From Minisyncoccia bacterium (lineage in GTDB: Bacteria > Patescibacteriota > Minisyncoccia > Phycocordibacterales > CAIZLB01), in contig JBGSHK010000009.1 of the NCBI GenBank assembly GCA_041752275.1, forward strand, positions 19,156 to 83,155: 64,000 nt of DNA, given 5' to 3'. Below are positions 38,042 through 46,485 of this stretch, one piece after another. Under the pieces are notes generated by a model. The model was not told the DNA's origin, did no database searches, and saw nothing but the letters and a program-made list of their open reading frames with translations. Made by a program: the position numbers and the translations under genes. Within the stretch, counting starts at the first letter, position 1; every line of letters starts with the position of its first letter.

Positions 38042-40231
38042 ATGAGTAAACATTTAGTTATCGTAGAATCACCATCAAAGATAAAGAAACTAGAAGCATT
38101 TCTTGATAAAGACTATATTGTCATGTCATCAGTTGGACATATAAGAGACCTCCCAAAGTCCAACAAAAAGGCCATAGATATAGAAGGTGGCTTTATTCCC
38201 CACTATGAAGTTTCAAAAGGAAAAGAAAAAGTTATACATGACTTAGAGCAAGCACTTCACAAGGTGGACGATGTTTATCTTGCCTGCGACCCCGACCGTG
38301 AAGGAGAAGCTATTGCATGGCATTTAAAAGAGGCTCTGCAGCTCAAAAAACCAAAACGTATAACTTATAACGAGATCACCAAAGAAGCAGTACTACACGC
38401 TATTGCTCACCCTAGAGAAATAGATATGAACATGTTCAGAGCTCAAGAAGCTCGTCGTGTATTAGACAGACTTGTTGGTTATGACTTGTCAGGATTGATC
38501 TGGAAAAAAGTTCGTTATGGACTTTCAGCTGGTCGTGTTCAATCTCCTGCACTTCGTATAGTTATGGAAAGAGAAAGAGAAATACGTGCTTTTATACCAG
38601 AAGCTTATTATGTTTTATACGCAAACCTTTCTCAGTCAGGAAATAAAACTGATGTATTAAAGTTCACATGTTCTGAAGAAATAAAAGACAAAAAAAGAGC
38701 TGAAGAGATTGTGGATAAAGCCCAAATACATAAAAACAATTGGGCAGTCATCGACATCACAGAAACAGAAGTTAAAAGAGCTGCTCGTGCACCATTTATC
38801 ACATCTACCCTTCAACAAGTTGCCTCAACTCGTCTTGGTTTTTCACCATCACGTACTATGCATGCTGCACAAAAACTATATGAACATGGTGCCATAACAT
38901 ATATGAGAACTGACAGTACAAGTTTAAGTAATCAAGCACTGGAATCTATAGAACAATTTATTACAAAAAACTATGATAAAAAATACTTAGATAGAAAAAA
39001 CTTCGCTTCAAAATCTAAAAATGCTCAAGAGGCTCATGAAGCTATACGTCCATCTGATATTAAAAAGATAAATGCAGGTATTTCAGATGATGAGAAAAAA
39101 CTTTATCGAATGATACATAACAGAACTCTTGCTTCTCAGATGAGTGACGCTTTGACTCTACGAACCAAGATAACATCAAGTATAAAAGAATATAAAGCAG
39201 AAAAATTTCCAGAATTTTCACTAAACGGTTCTCGTATACTTTTTGATGGTTGGCTTATAGCAGATCCTGAGTCTGCTGGCGAAGATGTAAGTGTACCAGC
39301 TCTCCTGAAGGAAATGGCTATGGATTTTATCTCTATAGAAAATCTTGAAAAGTTCACAGAACCACCATCAAGGTATACTGAAGCAGGACTCATCAAAGAG
39401 CTTGATAAAAGAGGTATAGGTCGTCCTTCAACTTTCGCATCCATCATGCGCACACTTGAGGATAGACAATATGTCGAAAAAGTTGGACGTGCATTAAAAC
39501 CAACAGACACAGGTGACGTAGTTTCCACTTTTCTTGAGGAAAATTTTGCTGACTATATAAGTGATTCGTTTACATCAGAGATGGAAGATAAGCTTGACCT
39601 TATTGCAAACGGTGAAGCAAAATATTTACAAACTCTGAAAGATTTTTATGGTCCATTCACAAAAGAAGTAAAACTAAAAAGTACATCTGCAAAAATAACC
39701 GACCTCGGATCATCTGACTTTAAGTGTCCAAAATGTGGTGAAGCGATGATTGTAAAATTATCAAGAAATGGAAAGTTTTTATCATGTTCAAAGTTTCCAG
39801 AATGTGACGGTGCACTTACCATAGACGGTGTTGAGATAAAAGATGATGAGCCTATAGGATTAGACCCAGAATCAGGACTACCGATCTATGTGAAAACTGG
39901 ACGCTTTGGTCCTTATGTGATGCTAGGAGAGAAAACCAAGGAAAATAAAAAACCTCGTATGGCAAGTATTCCAAAAGAAGTAGACCTTGCAAACGTTACT
40001 ATGGAGCAAGCTTTGCTTTATCTATCACTTCCAAGAGTATTGGGTGTAAATCCAGCCAATGGAAAAGAAGTCATCGCGAACAAAGGTCGTTTCGGTCCTT
40101 ATGTTGGCTGTGAGAGAGATTTTAGATCTCTAAAGACTCAGGATGTTTATAAAGTAACACTTGAAGAGGCATTGGAGTTATTAAATACCCCAAAGAAGCC
40201 TAGAGGGTTTCAGAAGAAGAAAGCTGAGTAA
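38042..40231 (+). CDS. topA: DNA topoisomerase I
   Basis: Real start is MSKHLVIVESPSKIKKLEAF (Toprim); the upstream 34 codons of the ORF overlap the terminator. Active-site region TYMRTDSTSLS; C-terminal zinc ribbons CPKCGEAMIV...CSKFPECDG. Confidence 0.92.
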   Translation: MSKHLVIVESPSKIKKLEAFLDKDYIVMSSVGHIRDLPKSNKKAIDIEGGFIPHYEVSKGKEKVIHDLEQALHKVDDVYLACDPDREGEAIAWHLKEALQLKKPKRITYNEITKEAVLHAIAHPREIDMNMFRAQEARRVLDRLVGYDLSGLIWKKVRYGLSAGRVQSPALRIVMEREREIRAFIPEAYYVLYANLSQSGNKTDVLKFTCSEEIKDKKRAEEIVDKAQIHKNNWAVIDITETEVKRAARAPFITSTLQQVASTRLGFSPSRTMHAAQKLYEHGAITYMRTDSTSLSNQALESIEQFITKNYDKKYLDRKNFASKSKNAQEAHEAIRPSDIKKINAGISDDEKKLYRMIHNRTLASQMSDALTLRTKITSSIKEYKAEKFPEFSLNGSRILFDGWLIADPESAGEDVSVPALLKEMAMDFISIENLEKFTEPPSRYTEAGLIKELDKRGIGRPSTFASIMRTLEDRQYVEKVGRALKPTDTGDVVSTFLEENFADYISDSFTSEMEDKLDLIANGEAKYLQTLKDFYGPFTKEVKLKSTSAKITDLGSSDFKCPKCGEAMIVKLSRNGKFLSCSKFPECDGALTIDGVEIKDDEPIGLDPESGLPIYVKTGRFGPYVMLGEKTKENKKPRMASIPKEVDLANVTMEQALLYLSLPRVLGVNPANGKEVIANKGRFGPYVGCERDFRSLKTQDVYKVTLEEALELLNTPKKPRGFQKKKAE

Positions 40232-40282
40232 AAAATAGAGTATCCAAAAAAAAGATACTCTATTTTATTCAGCTTTAGAAGA

Positions 40283-41281
40283 CTAAACCGAAAACTTCAT
40301 CACACTATATATATCTGGATTTTCTTCTTCCTCACTAGCTACAACATTTTCCACAACCATCTCATCCCCATTGTCATTTACCAAAACTGAGCTCGTATCG
40401 TTTTCATCATCCAACTTTTCACTTTGCTCGTTTTGCAACTTATCCAAAATCTTTTTCAAATCAACAAGATCATAATAATCAATAGTAATCTTTCCTCCTT
40501 GTTCTTTACTTTCTATATGAACTTTTGTTCCTAATACTTCATTAAACCTATTTTCAAATTCTATAATCTCAGGGTTTAGCTCTTTCTCTTTTTTTCTAGC
40601 TCTTTCTTTTGCTATACGACGCGCTATCATTTCTGATTCACGAACATTTAGTTTTCTATTGAGAATGTCTTGGAACAAAGTCTCTTGCTCCTCAGGTCTA
40701 TCAACAAGCATAAGTAGTGGTCTAGTATGACCTTCCATGATTCTCTTTTCACCCAAAGCTTGCAACATATGATCAGGCAAAGACAAAAGCCTCATACTGT
40801 TAGTTACATATTCTCTAGATTTATTCATTTTCTGAGCTACTTCAGCATGCTTAAAACCAAACTCTTTTACAAGTTGTTGAAAAGCACGAGCACGATCTAT
40901 AACATTTAAATCCTCTCTTTGAATATTTTCTATAATAGCAAGCTCTAGCTTTGTTCTAGCATCTTCTTCTTTGGCACGTATGATAGACGGTATTTGCAAC
41001 AAACCAGCAAGACGGGCCGCACGAGTACGACGCTCACCTGATATAAGTTCATAATGAACAGCAAGTCCTCCATCTTCTTTTATAGTTTCTATACGCGTAA
41101 CCGTTATAGGCTGAAGTAATCCATACATCCGTATAGATTCGGATAAATCTTGCAAAGCAATTGGATCAAAATCCTTACGCGGTTGATAAGGATTTGCTTT
41201 TATTTTATCTAATTCTATCCAAAAAATGGCATCGCTATAATATTGTGACATATAATCAAATCTTAACATATTCTTTAACAA
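40283..41281 (-). CDS. parB: Chromosome partitioning protein ParB/Spo0J
   Basis: ParB box ISGERRTRAARLAGLLQIPSII, HTH, C-terminal dimerisation region. No adjacent parA. Confidence 0.85.
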   Translation of the reverse strand: MLKNMLRFDYMSQYYSDAIFWIELDKIKANPYQPRKDFDPIALQDLSESIRMYGLLQPITVTRIETIKEDGGLAVHYELISGERRTRAARLAGLLQIPSIIRAKEEDARTKLELAIIENIQREDLNVIDRARAFQQLVKEFGFKHAEVAQKMNKSREYVTNSMRLLSLPDHMLQALGEKRIMEGHTRPLLMLVDRPEEQETLFQDILNRKLNVRESEMIARRIAKERARKKEKELNPEIIEFENRFNEVLGTKVHIESKEQGGKITIDYYDLVDLKKILDKLQNEQSEKLDDENDTSSVLVNDNGDEMVVENVVASEEEENPDIYSVMKFSV

Positions 41282-41334
41282 AAACTTATCTTTTCTTTAT
41301 GAAAAATTCATGATCATATTGTTAATATTTCTTT

Positions 41335-42168
41335 ATGCAAACAAAAAACCATGAAGAAATATTATTTGAATCAATATATTCCTCTGTTAGACAAAACATG
41401 TTAAGTGTATGTCAAGATATTGATATGGATTTTATTATAGAAAAAATAAGTAAAAGCAAATCTTTTATAAAATCCATATGTTTACTACCATATTGGTTTT
41501 ATACTTGTTTTGAAAACAAAAACAATATAGATATAGAAAATGAACTCTTTATACTCGGAAAAGCCAATCTACAAGCTTGGATAGCATATACTTTATATGA
41601 CTATATAAGAGATGGAAAAATAGAAAAGCAAAAGATAAATATATCTGTATCCATAGCTAACATAATGCATCAAAAATCCATCAAAGATTTTTATAGTTTA
41701 GTTGATTATAACAAAGATAAAATAAACATTATAAATAATCTTTTGAACATTATAGATAGTCATTATTTAGAAAATAAAACAATAGAAGATATACATTATC
41801 ATTTTAAACATATGTGTGATGAGTCATACAAAAAATCTATTGGCGCCTCAATAGTTGCGATAATAGTTGTCTGGCTTTTGGGTTATAAAACAGATAGTAA
41901 TAATCACATAGAGACATATGAGTTTTTTAAAAATTATCTGAATGCAAGACAGCTTTCTGATGACCTAGATGATATGTCAGATGATATAATACATAACATA
42001 TATACACCTGCAACTTTTCTTATGCGAGCACAATACAGCAAAGATTATATGCAAACTATGTTGCGCTCACGTATAGATATGAGTATGCGTTTAGCTTATG
42101 AAGCACTTAGAAATATAGCTTTTTTTGATTATGATAAGTTTATAGAATTGTATGTAAGAGAATGCTGA
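41335..42168 (+). CDS. Hypothetical protein
   Basis: 277-aa ORF with no motif. Confidence 0.35.
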   Translation: MQTKNHEEILFESIYSSVRQNMLSVCQDIDMDFIIEKISKSKSFIKSICLLPYWFYTCFENKNNIDIENELFILGKANLQAWIAYTLYDYIRDGKIEKQKINISVSIANIMHQKSIKDFYSLVDYNKDKINIINNLLNIIDSHYLENKTIEDIHYHFKHMCDESYKKSIGASIVAIIVVWLLGYKTDSNNHIETYEFFKNYLNARQLSDDLDDMSDDIIHNIYTPATFLMRAQYSKDYMQTMLRSRIDMSMRLAYEALRNIAFFDYDKFIELYVREC

Positions 42169-42231
42169 ATCTGATTTACTAAAAATAATTAAAAATGTAA
42201 ATATTGCCCCTAGGAATATTGGAATTTTTAA

Positions 42232-42648
42232 TTATTTTTTACAACATTTTTTACACACTCCAAAAAGTTCTAAAGAATGTTTGGTTATAGCATTAAATTT
42301 ACTTGATGATTTTATAACCTTATCTGAAAGATAATCAAGATCACATTCTTCAAAACCTTCAACAAGACCACAATCCGTACAAACAATGTGATGGTGATGA
42401 TGTCCAGACATTTCATAATAAACAGAATCTTTTTGAAGATCGACACGTTTTAGTATGCCAGCATTTTCAAATGAAGTTAAAGTTCTGTATATTGTTACTA
42501 TATTAACTTTTTCTTTTTTAAGTTTTTGGAAAATAAATTCAGCATTTACAGGTTCACAGTCAACAGAAAAAACTTTAAGTATAGCAAGCCTTATAGGCGT
42601 TACTTTAAAACCGTTGGTTTTGAGCATGTTTGACAAGTCTTCTTTCAT
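42232..42648 (-). CDS. Fur-family metalloregulator (Zur/Fur-like)
   Basis: Winged-helix N-terminus (VTPIRLAILKVF), His-rich site SGHHHHHIVCTDCG, and C-terminal CxxC pair CTDCG...CKKCC. Confidence 0.88.
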   Translation of the reverse strand: MKEDLSNMLKTNGFKVTPIRLAILKVFSVDCEPVNAEFIFQKLKKEKVNIVTIYRTLTSFENAGILKRVDLQKDSVYYEMSGHHHHHIVCTDCGLVEGFEECDLDYLSDKVIKSSSKFNAITKHSLELFGVCKKCCKK

Positions 42649-42665
42649 ATATCTTTATAATAATC

Positions 42666-42728
42666 TAAATGCAACTTATTTGCAATTGTTTTTATTTATG
42701 CTATATTAAATGCAACTCAGTTGCAAAC
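42666..42728. promoter_or_regulatory. Two copies of AAATGCAACT; the second forms a perfect palindrome TGCAACT-c-AGTTGCA (candidate Fur/Zur operator in a divergent promoter region)
   Basis: aaATGCAACTtatttgcaatt (42666-42686) and aaATGCAACTcAGTTGCAaac (42708-42728). A TATATT -10-like element abuts the second site. Confidence 0.4.
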
Positions 42729-42773
42729 ACTAATGCGAGCATTGAGTCTGAACAAACAAACTAAAATACCAAC

Positions 42774-42872
42774 ATGAATACCTGCCCTGAATGCGGACAT
42801 CCTGAAACATCCACTACCACTCCATCATGTGAAGATGGATCCTGTGGCTGCGGAGGTGGTTCTGCCGGCTAA
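42774..42872 (+). CDS. Unannotated 32-aa cysteine-rich peptide MNTCPECGHPETSTTTPSCEDGSCGCGGGSAG
   Basis: ATG at 42774, TAA at 42870. Seven Cys/His in a CxxCxH...C....CxC pattern. GC-rich island immediately downstream of the palindromic operator and upstream of the P-loop ATPase and ZIP transporter. Confidence 0.4.
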   Translation: MNTCPECGHPETSTTTPSCEDGSCGCGGGSAG

Positions 42873-42966
42873 TAGGCCATCCCTCAGGGTTGTGCGTCAC
42901 CATGCGTACTTCCCTGTTTTTTATACTCGATTTTTATACACAAATTTACACAAAATATACACACAT

Positions 42967-43788
42967 ATGATAATAGGCTTTCTCGGAAAAGGTGGATCAG
43001 GAAAATCAACACTTGCAACAAAAGTTGTAAACTTTTTGAGTACAGATAAAAACAACACAATCTTGGCCATAGATGCGGACTATAACATGGACTTACTGCA
43101 CAACTTAAACGCAGGTGATGATTTAAACTATCTAGGAACAGATGCAAAGTTTATAATGAAAAAAGTTTTAGAAGTCGATGAAAAAGCATTGTATGCTGAT
43201 ATAGTGTTAGGTGAAAATAATGCAAACAAGTTTTCGATATCAAACCCAGATGATTTTACAAAAACATATAGCAAAAAACTAAAAGAAAATCTATACCTCA
43301 TGGCGGTTGGACCACACTCAGAAAACGTACTCAATGACAAGATGTGTTCTCATGGTTTGGGAGCGTTACTAAAAGCATATTTACCACTTATAAATATAAA
43401 AGAAAATGAATATGTAATCATCGACGAAAAAGCCGGAGTAGACAGTGTTGGAACTGGCATACCTACAGGTTTTAATATGTCCATAATAGTTGTTGAGGCA
43501 ACAGTTTATGGTATAAAAGCAGCAAAGCAAATATCAGACTTGTTAGAAAATCATTATCATCTACCTTTTGCATACATAGTTAACAAAGTTAAATCTGACA
43601 CTGATATATATATGATAAAACAAGAGCTTGATGAAAAATACATAATAGATTATATACCTTTTGGTGAAAACATAGATGATGTGTATGCTGAAAAAATAAT
43701 AAAACACGTTCAAAAATATATACGAGAAAACGGAGACAACATACTTGCACAAAGTATAGCAAAGTTTAAAAACAACAAATCAAAATAA
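42967..43788 (+). CDS. CooC/MinD-family deviant Walker A P-loop ATPase (start trimmed to MIIGFLGKGG)
   Basis: GFLGKGGSGKSTLATK (KGGxGKS/T deviant Walker A) and AIDADYNMDL (compare CooC AIDADPDANL). Cys-Ser-His at MCSHG. The 46 upstream codons of the annotated ORF overlap the peptide gene and are likely not translated. Confidence 0.55.
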   Translation: MIIGFLGKGGSGKSTLATKVVNFLSTDKNNTILAIDADYNMDLLHNLNAGDDLNYLGTDAKFIMKKVLEVDEKALYADIVLGENNANKFSISNPDDFTKTYSKKLKENLYLMAVGPHSENVLNDKMCSHGLGALLKAYLPLINIKENEYVIIDEKAGVDSVGTGIPTGFNMSIIVVEATVYGIKAAKQISDLLENHYHLPFAYIVNKVKSDTDIYMIKQELDEKYIIDYIPFGENIDDVYAEKIIKHVQKYIRENGDNILAQSIAKFKNNKSK

Positions 43789-43792
43789 AACC

Positions 43793-44485
43793 ATGACACT
43801 TATATACATATCAATACTAGCCTTTTTATCAACACTTTTTGGTGGTTACATAGCATTTAAGTACAAAAGGTTTATACACATATTTTCAGGACTAACAGCA
43901 GGTACACTACTTACCTTAGTTTTCTTGGAAATAATACCTGAGGTTATGGAACTTAACGACTCCTCTTTTATATTACTTTCAGTTATAGCTGGTTTTATTA
44001 TTTTCCATATCATAGAAAAAGTTTTTTCACTACACAATCATCATGAACATGATCATCAACATCACAATCATATATCATCTAAAAAAATAGGTGCTTGGGC
44101 TTTGATATTGCACTCGCTTTTTGATGGTATAGCTATAGGTTTAGCATATAACGTATCCCCTGCTTTTGGACTGGCAGTTGCTATAGGTGTTATAGCGCAT
44201 GATTTTTCTGATGGTTTTAACACTGTGACCTTGAGTCATTCTAAAAGATTATTATTTTTAGATTCTATAGCTCCTATGCTTGGTATCATTATCGGATCTT
44301 TTTTTGTTTTTCCTGACAATATCATGAGTGTTTTGTTTGGATTATTTGCTGGTGTACTTTTATATGTTTCTACATCAGACATATTACCTGAAGCCCATTG
44401 TGACAATAAAAAACACATGACTCAAAATCTATTAGCCATGCTAGTGGGGGTTTTATACATATTTCTGGTTGTATATTTAAGATAA
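43793..44485 (+). CDS. zupT: ZIP family metal transporter (ZupT-like)
   Basis: His-rich loop HNHHEHDHQHHNH; signatures HSLFDGIAIG and HDFSDGF. Confidence 0.85.
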   Translation: MTLIYISILAFLSTLFGGYIAFKYKRFIHIFSGLTAGTLLTLVFLEIIPEVMELNDSSFILLSVIAGFIIFHIIEKVFSLHNHHEHDHQHHNHISSKKIGAWALILHSLFDGIAIGLAYNVSPAFGLAVAIGVIAHDFSDGFNTVTLSHSKRLLFLDSIAPMLGIIIGSFFVFPDNIMSVLFGLFAGVLLYVSTSDILPEAHCDNKKHMTQNLLAMLVGVLYIFLVVYLR

Positions 44486-44536
44486 TTACAATAATCAGAA
44501 TAACTGGAACAGTTTGAATAATTTGGCAAAAAAATC

Positions 44537-44630
44537 AGGACGGGAGAACGCTCATTGATCAACTATATGCAGCCCTCCCCAGAATTGCATTAGCGATAAG
44601 CATTCACCCCGTCCTTTGTATTTTGTTTTC
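44537..44630 (+). promoter_or_regulatory. Structured RNA element / terminator with mutually exclusive pairings
   Basis: AGGACGGG (44537-44544) pairs with CCCGTCCT (44608-44615) followed by a T-rich tract. The overlapping GGGAG (44542-44546) can alternatively pair with CTCCC (44575-44579). Confidence 0.35.
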
Positions 44631-44743
44631 TTCACCGAAGACCCCCTCAGTTCTAAGGTAAAGAATAACAATAATTTAAATATTATACCTTCTTAAAATA
44701 AAGTCAAGTATATTGTCATTAGAAAATATAATACAATTATACA

Positions 44744-45193
44744 ATGATTCACAAAATGATTAAGTTTATACAAAAAAATGCAATATATATTATACTGACT
44801 CAGGCAATTGTAGCATTACTTGGTAGTCTATACTTTTCTGACATAGAAGGTTATGCACCATGTGTTTTATGCTGGTGGCAGAGAATATTTATGTACCCTA
44901 TTATTATCATAATAATTATAGCTACATTAAAAAAAGAAACTAGAATATATCAATATGTATTACCTATGGCCATATTGGGTATAACAGTATCTGTATATCA
45001 CAACTTGTTATATACAGGTATTATAAAAAATGAAGAGTTTTGCACTGGAGGCATATCTTGTACAAGTAAATATGTTGAATATTTTGGATTCATAACGATA
45101 CCATTTTTAGCATTTTTAGGTTTTGCTATCATAATCACATTATCAATAATTAGTAGAAATTATATAAATAAACAAAATAAAGAAAATAAATAA
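44744..45193 (+). CDS. dsbB: Disulfide bond formation protein B (BdbC-like)
   Basis: APCVLCWWQR motif (compare B. subtilis BdbC PCVLCWYQR), a second Cys pair CTGGISC, four TM helices. Confidence 0.75.
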   Translation: MIHKMIKFIQKNAIYIILTQAIVALLGSLYFSDIEGYAPCVLCWWQRIFMYPIIIIIIIATLKKETRIYQYVLPMAILGITVSVYHNLLYTGIIKNEEFCTGGISCTSKYVEYFGFITIPFLAFLGFAIIITLSIISRNYINKQNKENK

Positions 45194-45197
45194 ACAC

Positions 45198-45920
45198 ATG
45201 ACAACAGAAACAAAAATTATAGGAGGTATATCATTGTTAACGTTATTAATAATAGTGGGTGGTATATTTTTATTTAATTCAAATAAAACAAATAATATAC
45301 CGGGTGACTATTCCAGATATATAAACACAGGACTAAGTTTAGATATATCAAAATTATCAAGACCTGAAAATCCTAAAATAACAGGTGCTGCAAAAAATGC
45401 ATCGTCTACAGAATTATCTGCAGCATCATCAAGTAAAATACTTATAACAGAGTTTCTTGACTACGAATGTCCTGCATGTGCCGTAAATGGAGAAATGTTA
45501 ACAAAACAACTTTTAGAAACTTATGGTGATCGTGTTATTATTACAAGAAAAATATTTCCAGTACACAATCAAGGTTCTATAGACTCAGCAAGACTAGTAC
45601 TTGCTTCACAAATATTTGGTGGTGATATTTATGAAAAAGTTCATGCAAAGTTTTTTGAAACACTTGCACAATGGTCTATATTAAGTCGTGACGATAGAAC
45701 TGAATTTTTTAAGAAAATTATTGTAGACTTAGGTGTTGATTATGACAAGCTTTTAGTTGAATCACAAGACAAAAAATACGATGAGCAAATAGCAAAAGAT
45801 AGGCAAGATGCTTTAGATCTAGAAGTAAAAGCTACACCAACTTTTATTATAGGAAATCATACACGTATCACAGGAGGTTTACCTTTAGCTGAGTTTGTAA
45901 AATATATTGACAGTAATTAG
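45198..45920 (+). CDS. Thiol-disulfide oxidoreductase, DsbA/BdbD-like (thioredoxin fold)
   Basis: N-terminal TM anchor, CPAC active site (LDYECPACAV), DsbA-like length. Confidence 0.7.
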   Translation: MTTETKIIGGISLLTLLIIVGGIFLFNSNKTNNIPGDYSRYINTGLSLDISKLSRPENPKITGAAKNASSTELSAASSSKILITEFLDYECPACAVNGEMLTKQLLETYGDRVIITRKIFPVHNQGSIDSARLVLASQIFGGDIYEKVHAKFFETLAQWSILSRDDRTEFFKKIIVDLGVDYDKLLVESQDKKYDEQIAKDRQDALDLEVKATPTFIIGNHTRITGGLPLAEFVKYIDSN

Positions 45921-45926
45921 GTTAAG

Positions 45927-46175
45927 GTGTATAATATAAGAGTCAACCTTTATGTTATTATGATAATTAATCAAGGACAGAAGCAAGAAAATGATCTTAC
46001 AAATTCTCAAGTTTTTGAAAGATTTCAAAAACTGATTGACAGTGCCCCACCTGAACCGAGATACAAAAGATTTAGAGATATCATTCAAATACCAAAAGAA
46101 ACACCTCAAGACTTTACTGTTCCATCAGTAAAAGCTGAAGATCTTCCTGGGTATAGACCACAAGACTGGGAATAA
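45927..46175 (+). CDS. Hypothetical small protein
   Basis: 82-aa ORF with no motif. Confidence 0.3.
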   Translation: MYNIRVNLYVIMIINQGQKQENDLTNSQVFERFQKLIDSAPPEPRYKRFRDIIQIPKETPQDFTVPSVKAEDLPGYRPQDWE

Positions 46176-46206
46176 TAAATAATAGTTCTAAAACTTAATA
46201 AAAAAC

Positions 46207-46236
46207 GGGACCCATCAAACGGGTCCCAATTTTTTT
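46207..46236 (+). terminator. Intrinsic terminator
   Basis: GGGACCC-atcaaac-GGGTCCC followed by a T-run. Confidence 0.7.
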
Positions 46237-46275
46237 GCCTATTTTTGCCTATTTTTTATTTTTAATATATTTGTT

Positions 46276-46485
46276 CTATTCTCCTCTAATAGATCTGTAT
46301 ATTGTAACAAGGTCTTGCCATACAAGTATTAACATTTCTTTAGAATATTGTATAAACTCTTTAACCCACTCTTTTGCTAAAACACCACTTATATCTATGT
46401 TCAAAAAACGAAGCAATATAAGTGCAACTAAAATAATAACTATTAGCTCAAGAAAACCACCTTGCTTTTTATTATTTTTCATCAT
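46276..46485 (-). CDS. Small hypothetical membrane protein
   Basis: 69 aa with one TM (FLELIVIILVALILL). Overlaps the asnB start by 14 nt. Confidence 0.25.
   Translation of the reverse strand: MMKNNKKQGGFLELIVIILVALILLRFLNIDISGVLAKEWVKEFIQYSKEMLILVWQDLVTIYRSIRGE

Noticed and set aside
42829-42966. N-terminal extension of the P-loop ATPase ORF (MKMDPVAAEVVLPANRPSLRVV...).
   Set aside because: It overlaps the Cys-rich mini-ORF in another frame. The Walker A motif begins right after the internal Met (MIIGFLGKGGSGKS), as in MinD/CooC proteins.
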